Below, one piece after another: positions 63,942 through 64,000 of a DNA stretch of 64,000 nt. The notes beneath the pieces were generated by a model. That model ran no database searches. It was given only the letters and a program-made list of their open reading frames with translations, and was not told the origin of the DNA. Both the position numbers and the translations under genes were made by a program. Source of the DNA: Saprospira grandis str. Lewin (GTDB lineage Bacteria; Bacteroidota; Bacteroidia; Chitinophagales; Saprospiraceae); NCBI RefSeq assembly GCF_000250635.1, contig NC_016940.1, positions 1,096,995 through 1,160,994 on the forward strand, given 5' to 3'. Within the stretch, counting starts at the first letter, position 1. The number at the start of each line of letters is the position of its first letter.

Positions 63942-64000
63942 TTTGGGGCCTCCGCTGCGGCTTCGCCTTGCGGCGCTACGTTACAGGGCTCGCTCTTCGC
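63942..64000 (+). repeat. GC-rich modular intergenic repeat, copy 21 (forward, cut by the window end)
   Basis: ttttggggcctccgctgcggcttcgccttgcggcgctacgttacagggctcgctcttcgc. Confidence 0.8.

Overview
Chromosomal backbone from a probable Bacteroidota genome (Saprospiraceae-like guess, not verifiable here). The inferences for that placement are lipoprotein and Sec signal peptides, a TonB-dependent receptor, BshA, DUF1573/DUF4159/PASTA proteins, and hairpin terminators without SD emphasis. GC is roughly 48% with a few AT-rich islets. About 50 real genes, mostly housekeeping. They include aroA, queE, ruvX-def, udk, phhA, recO, rimP-nusA-infB, fdx-iscX plus a COG0523 GTPase, a HlyD-TolC pair, a peptide ABC substrate-binding protein, M20 and M61 peptidases, GT2 glycosyltransferases, a sigma-54 activator, bshA, and one tRNA-Arg(TCT). 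The dominant non-genic signal is a modular, GC-rich, hairpin-forming intergenic repeat family of roughly 120-260 bp with about 21 copies, every one intergenic, in both orientations, sometimes as inverted pairs or composites. It also creates many spurious ORFs and false N-terminal extensions in the ORF track. Other items worth a second look are: a 902-aa protein made of two tandem D-Ala-D-Ala-ligase-like ATP-grasp modules; a MazF/PemK-like toxin gene tightly coupled to an unknown 173-aa gene in an AT-rich islet abutting tRNA-Arg; a stand-alone McrB-like AAA protein with a degenerate P-loop; a radical SAM/SPASM enzyme with no obvious substrate gene; a truncated RecG-like regulator remnant followed by an 11-bp x8 tandem repeat; a terminator-like hairpin fused to the phhA start codon; and a 42-bp x3 direct-repeat block next to CCTAGGG-rich duplicated motifs. 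No CRISPR array, transposase, integrase or rRNA was seen.
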